A stretch of 64,000 nucleotides of DNA from Octopus sinensis (taxonomy: Eukaryota). Shown in pieces: positions 38,888 through 52,793 of this stretch (position 1 is the first letter of the stretch; every line of letters begins with the position of its first letter). The notes under the pieces are model-generated. The model saw only the letters and a list, made by a program, of their open reading frames with translations. It was not told the DNA's origin and did no database searches. Where the stretch lies: contig NC_043000.1 in assembly GCF_006345805.1 (NCBI RefSeq), positions 122,822,001 through 122,886,000 of the forward strand, in the 5' to 3' direction. A program made the position numbers and the translations under genes.

Positions 38888-39739
38888 GTGTGTGTGTGTG
38901 CGCGCGTGTGTGTGTGTGTGCATGTGTGTGTGTAATTCCCTCGGACTTGTTCAAAATCAATAAATGCTAACAAGATAGTGAACCTAACATCGATGGAATT
39001 TCTTGCAAATCTAATGAAGATATAATGAAATGTGAATTATATTAGTGAATTATATTAGTGTTGCAAAATAAATCAGTTTAGTTAGATGGAGTCTTTCTAT
39101 TCGTTTATTTATTCTGGTTTCGTCTTGTTTTGTCAGAAAACACAACCTCCGATACATATATTTTCTCTTCTTTCCTCCAGAGACAAGGTGAGAACAAGAT
39201 GGAGAAGAAAAAATGGCTGACGGAAAATTTCATATATCAGAACGTCTGGAGTTATGCTAAAAAACAAAGCTGAACTTTACTTATTTGTTTTACGTTCCAT
39301 TGTCGATCTTGAGTTGTATCAAGTCGTTTTTTAATATATTTTTTGATATTTTCGATATACGAATATATTCTTCCTTTTTTTGGAATATATTTCTAATAAT
39401 ATGATTGAGTCGGTTTCTATTAATTTTTGACTTCTGTCAACATGTGTCTATTTGTAAAGGGTCTACATTCGTGAATGTATATTTGTGAGAGTCTCATCTC
39501 GTAATAGAGTAAGGTGAGAGGAGAGATATTACATACAGCAGTTATAAGAAAGAGAGTGTCTGAAAGAAGAGAGAATCAGACCAATACCACAGTTGTTGCA
39601 ACTAATAACCACTACATTGTACTCAATATCAACAAAATATTGTCTTGTTATATTGATTTCTCTTTCAACTGGAGCTTAAATCGATCTTTCTTGAAAGCAT
39701 TGTCTTAATTATTTCAGGAGACATATTTGTATTCAGGAG

Positions 39740-39911
39740 AATATCTTGGTTGATGAAATGTGTGTGCGTGTATATAAAGGTATATGTATAGATATGAGTT
39801 TATGTATATGTATGTGTACACATATAATATTATATATAATTTTATGTGCATACTTATATATGTATATGTATTACATTATATATATATATGTATGTATATA
39901 TATGGGTGTAA

Positions 39912-39946
<35 letters not shown>

Positions 39947-40063
39947 AATATATATAAATACATATACATATGTATAAATATGTAAATCTCTATATATGTA
40001 TATATACATATATATATATGTATATATATATACATACATATGTATATACATACATGTATATAC

Positions 40064-40094
<31 letters not shown>

Positions 40095-40287
40095 ATATAT
40101 ATATATATGTATGTATATATATGGGTGTAAATATATATATATATACATATATATATGTATATATATATACATATATATATATATAAATACACATACGTCC
40201 ATGTAAATATACATACATACACATAAATATACATACATATAAATATACATACGTACGTACAAATATACATATATATGTGCGTGTGTA

Positions 40288-40339
<52 letters not shown>

Positions 40340-40345
40340 TATACA
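39740..40345. repeat. degenerate (TA)n/(TATG)n/(CA)n microsatellite field
   Basis: Directly visible; source of several YI-rich ORFs. Confidence 0.95.
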
Positions 40346-41134
40346 ACTTTACATAGACATATATCCACATGGAGATAATGGTGCAAATAAACAAATAAAA
40401 CTACTTGGGTTAAATATACAAAATGTACGTGCACGTATACATGTATACATGTTAAAATAGAGAGAAGACCGAAAATGTTCGGACGATAAATATTCGAGTA
40501 TAACCATATAGATATTTATATATACATTGGATCTATCTGGCCGTCGTCTTCAGGATGGAGAGATAAAAATCTAGGCCGAATCTACCGAATGCTTATATGG
40601 GTAAGTCCAAGTAACCATCCACTCAAAACAGCTTTCGGACTTATAAGATCAGACCCCGACCTCCTTTCGTTTCCGGTGTCTTTGTACTCCACGTTTGTTT
40701 TATTAATATTAAATATCTAAATATTTATAGTTGAATGCTCATCGTCTGTAAATTTTCAGTCCTTGTTTTCTCTCTATTCACATGTGTACATACATACATA
40801 CATACATACATACATACATACATACATACACATACATACATATATTATCTTATAAAAATTGTACTTGTTCTTCCGTTACTTAGCCCATCTATAACGCTTT
40901 CACGTTAGTAGTGAAGGGAGGGAGGGGTAGGGGCGGAATGGGAGAGGTGGTGGTGAGTGAAATGTATAAATTCTTTTTGACTAAATTATTTTTCCTCCGT
41001 TACTTAGCCCGTTTGTAACGCTTTCACGTAATTAGTTGTAGGAAAAGGTAGATATCGAGTGAAAAGGACGGGAGAAAGAAAATGGAGAGAGAAAGAGGAG
41101 GCAAGGTGAAGAATGAGAGATAAAGAGGGAAGGG

Positions 41135-41450
41135 TGCTGCGTATTAAGTCGGTAAAATTGTGCATCCCCGACACATAGGAAATGCAAGCACAGGACCACT
41201 CTGCCTGATGAAGTTGCACCAGCAGAGTTATTTTTTACGAACAGATCAAAATGGCAGGAGCAGAAATAAAATGTGAACTGTGCCAGCCCAAAGCCAACTC
41301 CTTACTTACTTTCCTAGCAGACCACAAGTGCTAGACCTGCAGCAGAACCTTCTGAGCACACATCGGACTGATTGGCTTCAGCAGGACAACACCGCCACCC
41401 ATCCTCTTCTCCTGTATGATGTACTTGGTCATCGTCGACAATGACGGACG
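41135..41450 (+). mobile_element. RTE-type LINE 3' fragment with C2H2-like finger
   Basis: Across frameshifts: DRSKW..KANSLLTFLADHKC*TCSRTF*AHIGLIG, resembling the RTE C-terminal CxxCxRxFxAxIGLxSH motif. Confidence 0.55.
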
Positions 41451-41799
41451 AACATTCATGCATTGATATAGATTTCAGAAATATCTAAAAGGTGAAAGAG
41501 TAAAAATGTAAATCGAACATATATTTTGAATTACATTTTAATTTCCAATGAATATTTTCTTTGTTATTTAATTCATTTCAGCCTGGACAATTCGGTAAAA
41601 TATTGTCATTGCAATGACAGCAAATATGGTTCCAGAAATTATGGCGCCATTCATTAGTACCTGATTTAGTAGTTCAATTGTGTGAATGTTAGAAATGTTA
41701 GAGCTAAAGGTCTTAAGTTCAAGCCTAGTATTTTGCATGTTGAAGACACTCTTTGTTTTGAATATTAATAATCAAAATATCTGCAGACTCCGTTCGTAG

Positions 41800-43426
41800 T
41801 GAGACATGTAAGGTAGATAAGAGTAGAGTTTCCTCCTCCAGCCACGTAGAAGCTTTGTAACTGGATTTAGTAGACGGAACTGAAAGTACTTCGTCGTATA
41901 CGTATGTGTGTGTGTGTGAGTGTGATTGTGTCTTTGTGTCTGTGTGTCTGTGTTTATCCCCAACCGACGCTTCACAACCAGTGTTGATGTGCTTCCGTCC
42001 TCATAACTTAGCATTTCAGCAAAAGAGTTCGATTAAATAAGTAGCAGGTTTTTTTTTTTCGAAAAAAAAGAATGGGTCGATTCATTCCACTAAAACAAAT
42101 TGGTGAAGGCGGTGCTCCGGCATGGCCACAGTCAAATTGCTGAACAAAAATAGGAGACAAAAAGCATATACCTACATAAATATATCGAAATATATGTATG
42201 CATTTAAACATATGCATATTTACGTATTTTTTAATATATATATGTTTATAATATAATATATACAATATATATACTGGCGGGACCTGTGAATATATTACGG
42301 GATTAACGGTAAACGTATTGGATTATTTCTGAAAACTTTATCCCAAACTCCTGGAAGCTTAGTCCATGTTGTGTCTGTGTCAAACGATTGTCTACTAACA
42401 ATTGAAAAGTGAAGGAAATTGGAATACGATGATTATTTAATGCGTTTTCGATGTGTGTGTGTGTGTTTGTCCTTCACCACTGCTTGACAACCGGTGTTGG
42501 TGTATTTACGTCCGGTAACTTAGCGATTCGTCATAAGAGAGTGAATGAATAAGTACCAGGCTTTCCAAGATAATAAGCACCGGCGGTGCTCCAGCATGGC
42601 CGCAGTCTAATGCTTGAAACAAGTAAAAAGAGAAAGGATAAATCACTTACAGTAAAATTTTGTGACAGAGGAACTTCTCAAAATATTTTTCTTAAGTTAC
42701 AAACACAGCGTTTCAGAGATAATCCCGTTTGATCGGCAGGCAGGTGTTTCGACCTGATTTGGTCTCTTCATTAACAAATACCTTGATTGTTCACAGCTAA
42801 ACCGAAAACTATGCTCATTTTGATATAGAAATCAGTAAACATAACATTTACTGATATGTGAGGAAGCTAACCCGGCTCCCATGAACTTAATAAATGCACT
42901 TAAATTTACTTTGGATTAAAATACCGGAGGGTATATACTTTTATATTGTGTATACAAACGTGGAACGGCACAAGCCGAAATACATTATTACTCTTTACTC
43001 ATTTACTCTCTTACTTTTTTCAGTCATTTGATTGTGGCCATGCTGGAGCACCGCCTTTAGTCGAGCACATCGACCCCAGTACTTATTCTTTGTAAACCTA
43101 GTGCTTATTTTATCGGTATCTTTTGCCGAACCACTAGGTTACGGAGACGTAAACACACCAGCATCGGTTGTCAAGCGATGTTAGGGGGAGGGACAGACAC
43201 AAACACACAAGCATACACACACGCACGCACACACACACACACACACATATATATACATACATACGACTGGCTTCTTTCAATATCCGTCAACCAAATCCAC
43301 TCACAAGGCTTTGGTTGTCCCGAAACTGTAGTAGAATACACTTGTCCAAGGTGCCACGCAGTGGGAGTGAACCCGGAACCATGTAGCTCGTAAGCAAGTT
43401 ACTTACCACACAGCCACTCCTACGCC
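41800..43426. mobile_element. SINE family B copies in inverted arrangement (+ ~41800-42160, + ~42470-42630, - 42990-43426)
   Basis: Shared cgcttgacaaccg..tgttggtgt..ttacgtcc and gcggtgctccagcatggcc blocks on opposite strands. Confidence 0.8.
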
Positions 43427-43670
43427 TATACAAAATTTCCCTAAGTGACTTTTGTGTTTAAAACACAGTCTTCTACGGATCTTGTCTTAGCGGTCGCACC
43501 AACCTTAGATCACTGGTATTAGTTTCCCAAAAGAGACATAACGATGGATTTATCACAGAGTATTCGTATAGTGAGCGCCAAAGAAACATTATTTTGATTA
43601 AACTAGTTTCATACATGACTACCCTTATATAGTTGTTACTAAACTCCCCTTAAATAATCATTTCTACTAT

Positions 43671-44318
43671 AGGCACAAGGCCTGACATTTTGGAGGGGGA
43701 GATTATCGATTACATCGATCCCAGTACTCAACTGGTACCTAATTTATCGACCCCGAAAGGATGAACGGTGAAGTCAATCTTGAACTCAGAACGTAGCGGC
43801 AGACGAAATACCGCTAAGCATTTCGCCCGGCATTCTAACGATTCTGCCAGCTTGCCACCTTCTTTAAATTAAATAATCGTGGCACTCCGTCGGTTACGAC
43901 GACGAGGGTTCAAGTTGATCCGATCAACAGAACAGCCTGCTCGTGAAATTAACGTGCTGAGCACTCTACAGACACGTGTGTCCCTTAACGTAGTTCTCTG
44001 GGGGATTCAGCGTGACACAGAGTGTGACAAGGCTGGCCCTTTGAAATACAGGTACAACAGAAACAAGAAGTGATATCTTCTGTACCAACCGCTAAATTAC
44101 AGGGACGTAAACACACCAACACCGGTTGCCAAGCGGTGGAGAAAGAAAGGTGTGGTGAAAAAGTACAGCAGGGTTCACCACCACCCCCTGCCGGAGTATC
44201 GTGGAGCTTTAGGTGTTTTCTCTCAATAAACACTCACAACGCCTGGTCTGGGAATCGAAACCGCGATCCTAGGAGCGCGCGTGTTCGCTTCCCTAACCAC
44301 TGGGCAATTGCGCCTCCA
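43671..44318 (-). mobile_element. SINE cluster (family A short tail, family C 3' part, family B fragment, separate tRNA-head SINE)
   Basis: Minus-strand tggaggcgcaattgcccagtggttaggg..ggtttcgattccc head at 44318; family A block at 43671-43860. Confidence 0.75.
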
Positions 44319-45106
44319 CAAATTAAATAATAATGGACTAATGTATATCTTTCCAAAAATAATAGAAAACTGTTTGTGCAGTTATTATATTTCATATTCT
44401 AACGAGAGAAAACTGAAACTTTCTTACTAAACCTAAGTATCCAGTCTTGAGAATGTAGTTGTATAGCTCCTTACGGACATGTATCAAATATCTATAGCAA
44501 TATTTTCGCTGCATATAGTCAAATAACCATTTATAAACTTTCATTATTTTACACATCCGTCTATAATAATGTACAGATAAATGTGTATATATTCGCTTGT
44601 GTTCTTCTATTACAGCGTAACTATAAAGACCGCAACAATATCTCTATAGATTTCTTTATCGTCTGCCAATGCTAAGTTGAGTGTAACGGTCAGTGTCCTA
44701 GGAAGGAATATATATCAGGTTCACCAAAAAGCACACACGCTGATATAACCTTATTAAATGCATATTTTGCAAAGCATTCATAACTCCCTTTGAGGTCTGT
44801 TAATAACGCTTTTATTCTTTTCTGTTATAGCAAAACACTTCAGTTTCAAGACAGACCGTTATCCGTGGAAAAAGATGCATTCTCTAAATCTCCCTTGCTA
44901 AGAATTAAATATAATCAATCGAATATATTAAGTAGATAGGAATGTAAATTTATGATATACATGGAGGGGAGTAAATCTCGTTTCTGCAAATAGAGGTAAT
45001 AACTAGTTTATCATCGTAGGTTTAACAGTTCAGTTTCTGCCAGCGGGGAATATATCCTCTATTAGCGAAAACCTAACACTTTGGTTCTCAAGCTGACATA
45101 CATACA

Positions 45107-46180
45107 CAGGCATTGCTGTGTGGTTCAGAAGCTCGCTTCGTAATTACGTGGTTCTATGTTCACACCCACCGTGCAGCGCCTTAGACAGTTCTCATATACT
45201 ATAGCCACGTGCTGACCAAGGCCTTGTGAGTGAATTTGGTAGACAGAAATTGTATGCAAGCCCGTTGAGTATATGTGTGTTTGGATAGCTAGCTAGCTAG
45301 CTAGCTAGATAGATAGATAGATAGATAGATAGATATGTGTGTATGTAAATCTATGTCTTTGCACACACACCCGGCACCGCTCTACAAGTGGTGCTGTTTT
45401 GTTTGCGTCCCAGTAACTTAGTGGTTCGGCAGGCGCAGGAGTGGCTGTGTGGTAAGTAGCTTGTTTACCAAACACATGGTTCCAGGTTCAGTCCCACTGC
45501 GTGGCACCTTGGGCAACTGTCTTCTACTATAGCCTCGGGCCGACCAAAGCCTTGTGAGTGGATTTGGTAGACGGAAACTGTAAGTACTAGGCTTACAAAG
45601 AATAAGCCCTGGGGTCTATTTGCTCGACTAAAAGCGGTGCTCCAGCATGGCCGCAGTCAAATGACTGAAACAAGTAAAAGAGTAAAAGAGTAAAGAGAAT
45701 GAGTACTAGGTATTTAAAAAAATGAATAAATATTGGCATCGATTCGATCCACGAAACCCGCCAACTCGGTATCCAGCAACTGATTCAAATAAAACATAAA
45801 ACGCGTGTATACATGCATATTTGTTTTAGGATTTATTTATCTTTTTTTTTACTCATTAGGTTGCAGCCATGCTGGAGCACCGCCTTGAGTGGCCCTAGTA
45901 CTTATTTGTTTTAGGGGCTGGTACTTGTTCTATTGGTATCTTCTGTGTCGACCGCTAAATTACAGGGACGTAAACACCCCAACACCGGTTGGTGAGAGAT
46001 AAACGTTAACAAAAAACCTAACACAAAAAACAAATTTATAAATATATATGTATACGACGGTCTTCCTTCAGTTTCCGTCTATCAAATCCACTCACACACT
46101 TACCCAAGCTGCAATGCAGTGGGATCGAACACGAAACCATGTAGGTGAGAAACAAGCTTTTTACCACACAGCCACATCAA
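45107..46180. mobile_element. SINE family B chimeric + copy (45107-45700) and - copy (45850-46180)
   Basis: A second family-B head (ggcgcaggagtgg, 45432) is embedded at ggttcggca of an older copy; an antisense copy follows 150 bp later. Confidence 0.75.
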
Positions 46181-47433
46181 CAAGGTATTTCCTTTGGAGA
46201 ATTTTCAAATTGGCTAGTAACCAAGTGGTAAAGCTCTTTTATTTCAGTAAAGGCATGTGTTCGGATTTTATAGCTATCTGAATCGGGTGTTGTGTGTATA
46301 TATGCTTGTTTAGGCTCATGGATAATTTGTAACTGTGTGTTGGATACAAGCGTGTGTTTCACGCTTTTGTACACTTTAGTATGAATCTATTTGTGTGTGT
46401 CTGTATCCTTGTATGCATGTATGGATGCATGTATGTATGTATGTATTATGTTTGTGCGCTTGAGTGTTCATGTTCGTGTATGTTAGAATAAACAGGTCCA
46501 AGTGTTTTTATATGTGAAAGAAAATCAGCGAAACTGTATTATTTTGTCTGTTTGTCTGAAATATTGGAAACAATCACAGAAAAGTATTACCTTAGGTATA
46601 AACGGCTTTAACATTTGCTATGCGTAAAACTATTTAATACCGTTGTCACTATACTAGATACAGCTTGTAAGCTTCTTAAATTCACTGTTTGTCTCTATCC
46701 ATAGAACATTATGCATGTTTACTTAACATTGATGTTATTGCGTTGTATCTACTTAGTAAAATCCATGTCCATATCAAACACTATTCTTATGTCCCTTCCA
46801 TCTTTATATATGGCTGTGCTATGAATTTAATATATATCTGTGGCCATACCTGAAACAACTTACAATCTACTTAATGGTTATACGATAACTGATACCAAAG
46901 AGTAGAATAAATAAGACGTTATCCCATTATATTACCAAAGAGAGGTGGGAGATAACGGATTAAATGTAGTCCAGTTTCTTAGTAGTCTTAACAATATTTA
47001 TTTTATCATTTCTAGGTTGATGGTGGGTAAAGTCTTGCTAGATGGTTCAGTGTTGGTAATAAATAGACCGGTTAAAACTGGGTGGAATTTTAAACGCGAA
47101 CAAGGAGACACCGAATTTACTTCTGAAATTTATCTCTCTCGACCCTCTGGATATAATTTTACGCCCTTCAGCCTGTGCTTTTAAAATGATGAAAGTGGTT
47201 TCTAACTTCTTAATAGTTTCATCGAAGTTAATAAATATTTGTAATCAAAGCTGAGTCTGCTTCGATTTCTTCTACAAAGAATAGCCGTCAGTAATTTTAA
47301 GTATTAAACATGAGCCATTCAAACAATGCATTGCTAATCACTAATTTACTATTCGGACAAACCTCGTTCGTTATTTTGATAGAAGGAATATACTGTAACA
47401 TCAAACGCCAACACCTACACACATGCACACATG

Positions 47434-47434
<1 letters not shown>

Positions 47435-47472
<38 letters not shown>

Positions 47473-47485
47473 CGATTGATAGATG

Positions 47486-47528
<43 letters not shown>

Positions 47529-47695
47529 GGATGGATAGATTGACATACACACACAAATATATACGTGTGTTTATGAATTAATATATATGAAGCGTAGATT
47601 ATATATGTATATGAGTGTGTATATATATATATAGTATATATATATATATATATATGTATAAGTATATGTGCATATTTATGTATATATATATACAC

Positions 47696-47734
<39 letters not shown>

Positions 47735-47741
47735 TATATAC

Positions 47742-47790
<49 letters not shown>

Positions 47791-47833
47791 TATATATATA
47801 TATTTACATATATATATATATATATTATATATA

Positions 47834-47866
<33 letters not shown>

Positions 47867-48277
47867 GTATATATATATATATGAAAATATAATACTTGCT
47901 AAATTAGATTTATCGTTCTCTCAAGGTTTGCTTAAATTACATCAGGATGTTTATATTTTGATCGATGCTTGTTAGTGTGTGAGTGGGTGTGTATGTGTGT
48001 GTAGGTGGGCGGGTTGCGCGCGCATGCGTGTGTGTGTGCGTGTCCGTTTGTATGTGTGTAGATGTGTGGGTGTATGCTATATGATCTGTGTATGTCTAAT
48101 AGATTATATAATGCAGTACATATCATTATATCAAATATATGTATACACCCCCCACACACACAAGAATATATACATGTAATCATATATGCGTACATCATTT
48201 TTAATATATATATATATTTACATATATATATGTACATGTATATATATATATAAATATATATATATATATGTACATGT

Positions 48278-48314
<37 letters not shown>

Positions 48315-48520
48315 GTTATATATTATATATATATGCATATATATATAAATGTATATATATATATATACACATACATATGTATATATATATATATGCATGC
48401 ACATATATATATATAAATATATAAATATATATATATACATGTCCATATATATATATATATATATATATATTTATGTATGTATGCATTTATGTATGTATGC
48501 ATGTATGCATGTATGTATGT
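47435..48520. repeat. (GATA)n followed by long (TA)n fields
   Basis: Directly visible. Confidence 0.95.
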
Positions 48521-49405
48521 ATATTATATATTGTAAAATCGAAATGTTCATCAATCATCTAATGTATTTAGTTAAAAATTTGTTTTTGCTAACAATGCTG
48601 AATGTTTGGTTGGGAGTTTGTTTCATGTTGTTTTCGTATTTGAAGTACAGAACTGTATTTTGCCGCAGTATTACTATCACAATATAAATATTTGTTCTGT
48701 TTTGTTTTGTATCTATTGTCTCTTACTATGGTATTTTGCTTGTTCGTTTTGGTTGCAGTTTTTTTTTTTTTTTCGTTTTGGGGATGTTGCTGCCTTCATT
48801 TATTTTTTTGGCTATGTTTTCTTGTGGTGTGCTTGTTTTTATTTGTTTAGCTATGAGACACCAGGTGATATGATACAAAAATTCGATGCTGAAATTATAT
48901 ACAATATTACTAAGTTTGATACCCGAACTCACTTTGTAACGATAACCTCAAGAACTTTTCTTTTTGTTTTTTTGTTTTTTTTCCATATGTTTTTCAACAA
49001 CCGAATCAAATATTGATTATTTACACACGAACAATATAATACAGATTTATCGGAGAGTGGAAAACTAAAGGACTTTGAAGCGAGCGAATATTTCTCCCGG
49101 GTATTGTTGGCCTACTTCGAGGGAAATGGCTAAATTTCACATTACTTTCATCACACACTAAAACTCTCTCCCCAATTGATCATATTTTCACTTAAATCAC
49201 TTACATGTGCATATATTACACTGCACTGCTTTCAATGATTTCACTCTCTCTCCTATTCTAGAAAAGCACTTAACACACCTCGAATTCCATCTTTTCAAAG
49301 TCATACATACAAGACGATATAGTTTCCTCTACTCTAAGCGATCGTGATATCGGTTTCTGTTCAAGTGGTGACGAAATTCAATTTTTTTTTTTATTTTAGA
49401 AAGAA

Positions 49406-49845
49406 GGGATCTTTTCAGTTTGACCGGCAGTTTTTTAAAATAATTTCCACGTAACTAAACACTTTTAAACTTCGTATACTGGTAGAATGTGTTTATAAAA
49501 CATCTTTTTCTCTTGGCTTTATTGAGAATATTCTATAGTTTGTAAGATATTTGTTGTTGTTTTTTCTTCAATTTCTGCAATTTCAACCAATCAATGACGT
49601 CTGTTGAGGTGAAAACATTCTGTGCCGTATGAATATGTCCCTCGTTTAAGAAACAGATTGGGTTTATTTACATTTCTGAAGAAAAAAAGATACCCTTTCC
49701 CACACCCCTAACCCAACCCTAACTAACCCTAACCCTAACCCTAAAACAGATTGAAATGCTATAGATCGATACTAGGGTCATAATTATGGGTGACAATTTC
49801 ATATGACACCGCTAGAAAAAATGCCGGTCAAACCGAAAAGATCCG
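49406..49845. mobile_element. second copy of the TTAGGG-bearing MITE, opposite orientation, 6-bp TSD AAAGAA
   Basis: gggatcttttcagtttgaccggcag ... tgccggtcaaaccgaaaagatccg; aaagaa at 49400-49405 and 49846-49851; CCCTAA repeats at 49706-49744. Confidence 0.9.
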
Positions 49846-50988
49846 AAAGAAGATACAAGATGTTATGACTTTCATACTTTTCCAAAGTAAATTGAAGTAA
49901 TTTAAATTAGGAATTGAAATTGCATGGCGGATATATTTAGCAAAAAATATCAGTTATTCAATATTTCATGTAACGGAACATGATAATAATATTTTAATGT
50001 AGATCAGGAAAGTCATTATTCAAATAATAAACACATGGTTGTATTTCACTTCTTTTTTTATTTAAAAATTAGATAACTATTTGACAAATTAACCAATCGA
50101 TAATTTGGTTAATCGTACGATCAGTTAATCAACTAAGTTTGTCATAGACTTTTAGTCGCCATTTGCGAGCTTATCAATGACATGACCGAACGATTAGTCA
50201 AGCAACCAATGAGTTAATTGGTCAAATGGTTAAGTTGTTAACAAATAGACCTAAAGAAGTGAAATAGAACCAGGACGTGTGTTTGTTAGTGGCGTAATGA
50301 CCGTCTAGAGATACAACAAAATGTGTTTCAACAAACGAGTTTACATCAAAAATCATGCAAGCCAAATTCAAAATCAAAATAGAATTACTTAGAATTTGGG
50401 GGTTTATTGGAAACTATCGACCGCTGTACTGGATTGGTATTATGTATTACCGATTCCGGTGGGATGAAAGACAAAGATGCTTTCGGCGGACTTGAAGTCG
50501 GAATAGAAAAAGTTAGAACATATACTGCATAACATTTTTTTCCTACGTTCAAACGATTTTGCTAACTCGCTGCCTTGAATAATTTCTGTTTTAGTCATAT
50601 GACCAGCAAATTTTGAAAAGAGAAAGTCGATCCTATTGATGATAACAGTTGACTGGCATTTTATCGATTGGGAATGGATGAAAGAAAAAAAACCGGCCTC
50701 TGTGAGATTTGAACGTAGGATGTAAAGACTTGAAAGAAATACAGCAATGCATTTTTCTGACGCTCTAAATGATTTGACAAGCTTACTGCCTACGAGGAGA
50801 ATGTATGCACGTTTAGGATTCACAATTTATTTATCAATCTCGCAAAAATAAAAGATGAAGTTAGTCAAGGGTGGAGGTGTTTGTACTCCGAGTGTAGAAA
50901 GCCGTAACAATTACTGCCGGAATCTATTTAATGTTATAACGATTCGATTGTAGTAGTAATAACTATTTGAAATTTTAGCACAAGACAA

Positions 50989-51700
50989 CCAATTTTAGTG
51001 GGAAGATATTGTCCTCGACTGCAACATGCAGCTCCACTTCATTTCGGCAGATAGAATCCTTTCTACATCTTCCAGTTTGATCTGAAAGAGAAACTCCTCT
51101 ATCATTTTCATCTCCTTCAGATACATGCCTACAGGCACCATGTATTTCCACATCCATCTATCCCAACCACCAATTTTAGTGGGAAGATATTGTCCTCGAC
51201 TGCAACATTCAGCTCCACTTCATTTCAGCAGATAGAATCCTTTCTACATCCTTTAGTTTGATCTGAAAGAGAAACTCCTCTATCATCTTCATCTCCTTCA
51301 GATACATGCCTACAGGCACCATGTATTTCCCCACCCTTCTATCCCACCTTCAATTTAGTCTGCCTTTCTGTGGTCAGTTGGCAACGCATGCAATATCTTA
51401 TCTCTATCTTCTACAATTTCATATTCCTTTCTGCTTCTCCGCTATCGTCAAGTCTTCAGGGCATTTTCTTCTCATATGGTGTTCAATTAACTTAGCTTCC
51501 GTTCGTCTAAGAACTTCGAAGCTTTTTTCTCTGTCCTCATATTTCATCTTCAACATACATCTAAATAAACACACCTCTGTAGCATTGATGAGCTTTTGCA
51601 CTTGTTTTTCGATATTCTAAGTCACACAGTTATATGTAAGACTGAGATTTGTATATGCTCCTAGGATTCTTTTCCTCTTATTCATAGCTGTCAATTTCTT
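50989..51700 (-). mobile_element. decayed RTE-like LINE fragment with 181-bp tandem duplication at its 3' side
   Basis: KLINATEVCLFRCMLKMKYEDR..EVLRRTE resembles RTE LxAFEMWxxRRMLRIxW; aattttagtgggaagatattgtcc recurs at 50991 and 51172. Confidence 0.6.
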
Positions 51701-51998
51701 ATGTGTTTGATCTCATCAAAAGCAACCTTTGTTGTCCTAACTAACTTAATTTTTTTGGTGTTCATCCCTTTCGTAGGCCATTCATATTGGAGCTTTGGAC
51801 AAATATCGAAAGCATAAGTGAAAGATGCGAGTAGTAGTTTTGTATGTGTGTATTGTACTTCTTTGGATTTAGCAATATTTTTCTTCTGTGCCATTTTCCT
51901 GTTGTGGACTTTCAAGGCAGTTTTCGATAAAAAAAAAGTAGCTGGCTTAAATAGATGAGTAACAAGCCACCGAGGAATGGCAGTTTGCTACTCTTCGA

Positions 51999-52793
51999 TT
52001 GGGTTGTCCGGAAAGTTCGTGCCGATTTATAGCAGCTTACATTTCGACTTATTTTAGAACATGGTTGAGTCCATAAAATGACTATACCTCCATTTAGAGC
52101 ACAGTTTAAGCTATCTTTTTGTGGAAGAAGGTTTATGTTCTTATAACCTGTGTTAATTCTGTAATCCTTTAAAATGGAAGATAAGAAAGTTCATTTTCGG
52201 CACTTGATGCCTTTCTTTTTCCGTAAAGGGGAAAATGCCACACAAGCAACCAAAGAAATATGCACAGTTTACGGTGATGTTTCTTTATCCCAAAGAACTG
52301 TACGGAAGTGATTCGCAAGGTTCCGAGCTGGAGATTGTAGCCTTGTTGTTAAAGAGCGAACAGGCAGACCATCCACTACAAATGATAATCAAATCAAGGC
52401 GGCAAGCTGGCAGAAACGTTTGCACGCCGGACGAAATGCTTGCCGGTATTTCGTCTGCCGCTACGTTCTGAGTTCAAATTCCGCCGAGGTCGACTTTGCC
52501 TTTCATCCTTTCGAGGTCGATAAATTAAGTACCAGTTACGCACTCGGGTCTATGTAATCGACTTAATCCCTTTGTCTGTCCTTGTTTGTCCCCTCTGTGT
52601 GTAGCCTCTTGTGGACAATAAAGAAATAAGATGATGACCAAATTCATTGAGAATAACCCATATTGCACAACCCGAGAATTGGCAGAAAGCCTCAACCTAT
52701 CAAAATCCGTCTGGAAAAGCTTGGGTAATGGCAAGTATTTATTGACCTTTTTCTTTCCTTTAAAAATCGGCATGAACTTTCCGGACAACCCAA
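51999..52793 (+). mobile_element. non-autonomous mariner (same family as 14481) interrupted by SINE A at ~52398-52629
   Basis: Same TIRs; MEDKKVHFRHLMPFFFRKGENATQATKEICTVYG..TGRPSTT [SINE] FIENNPYCTTRELAESLNLSKS. Confidence 0.92.

Noticed and set aside
8225-40555. Hammerhead-like fragments (CTGAAGA at 8227, minus 14043 and minus 40546; ATGATGAG..CGAAACGTC at 16660-16689; CTGATGA at 41206)
   Set aside because: None has a complete CUGANGA + stem II + GAAA + UH core with pairable stems by manual inspection.
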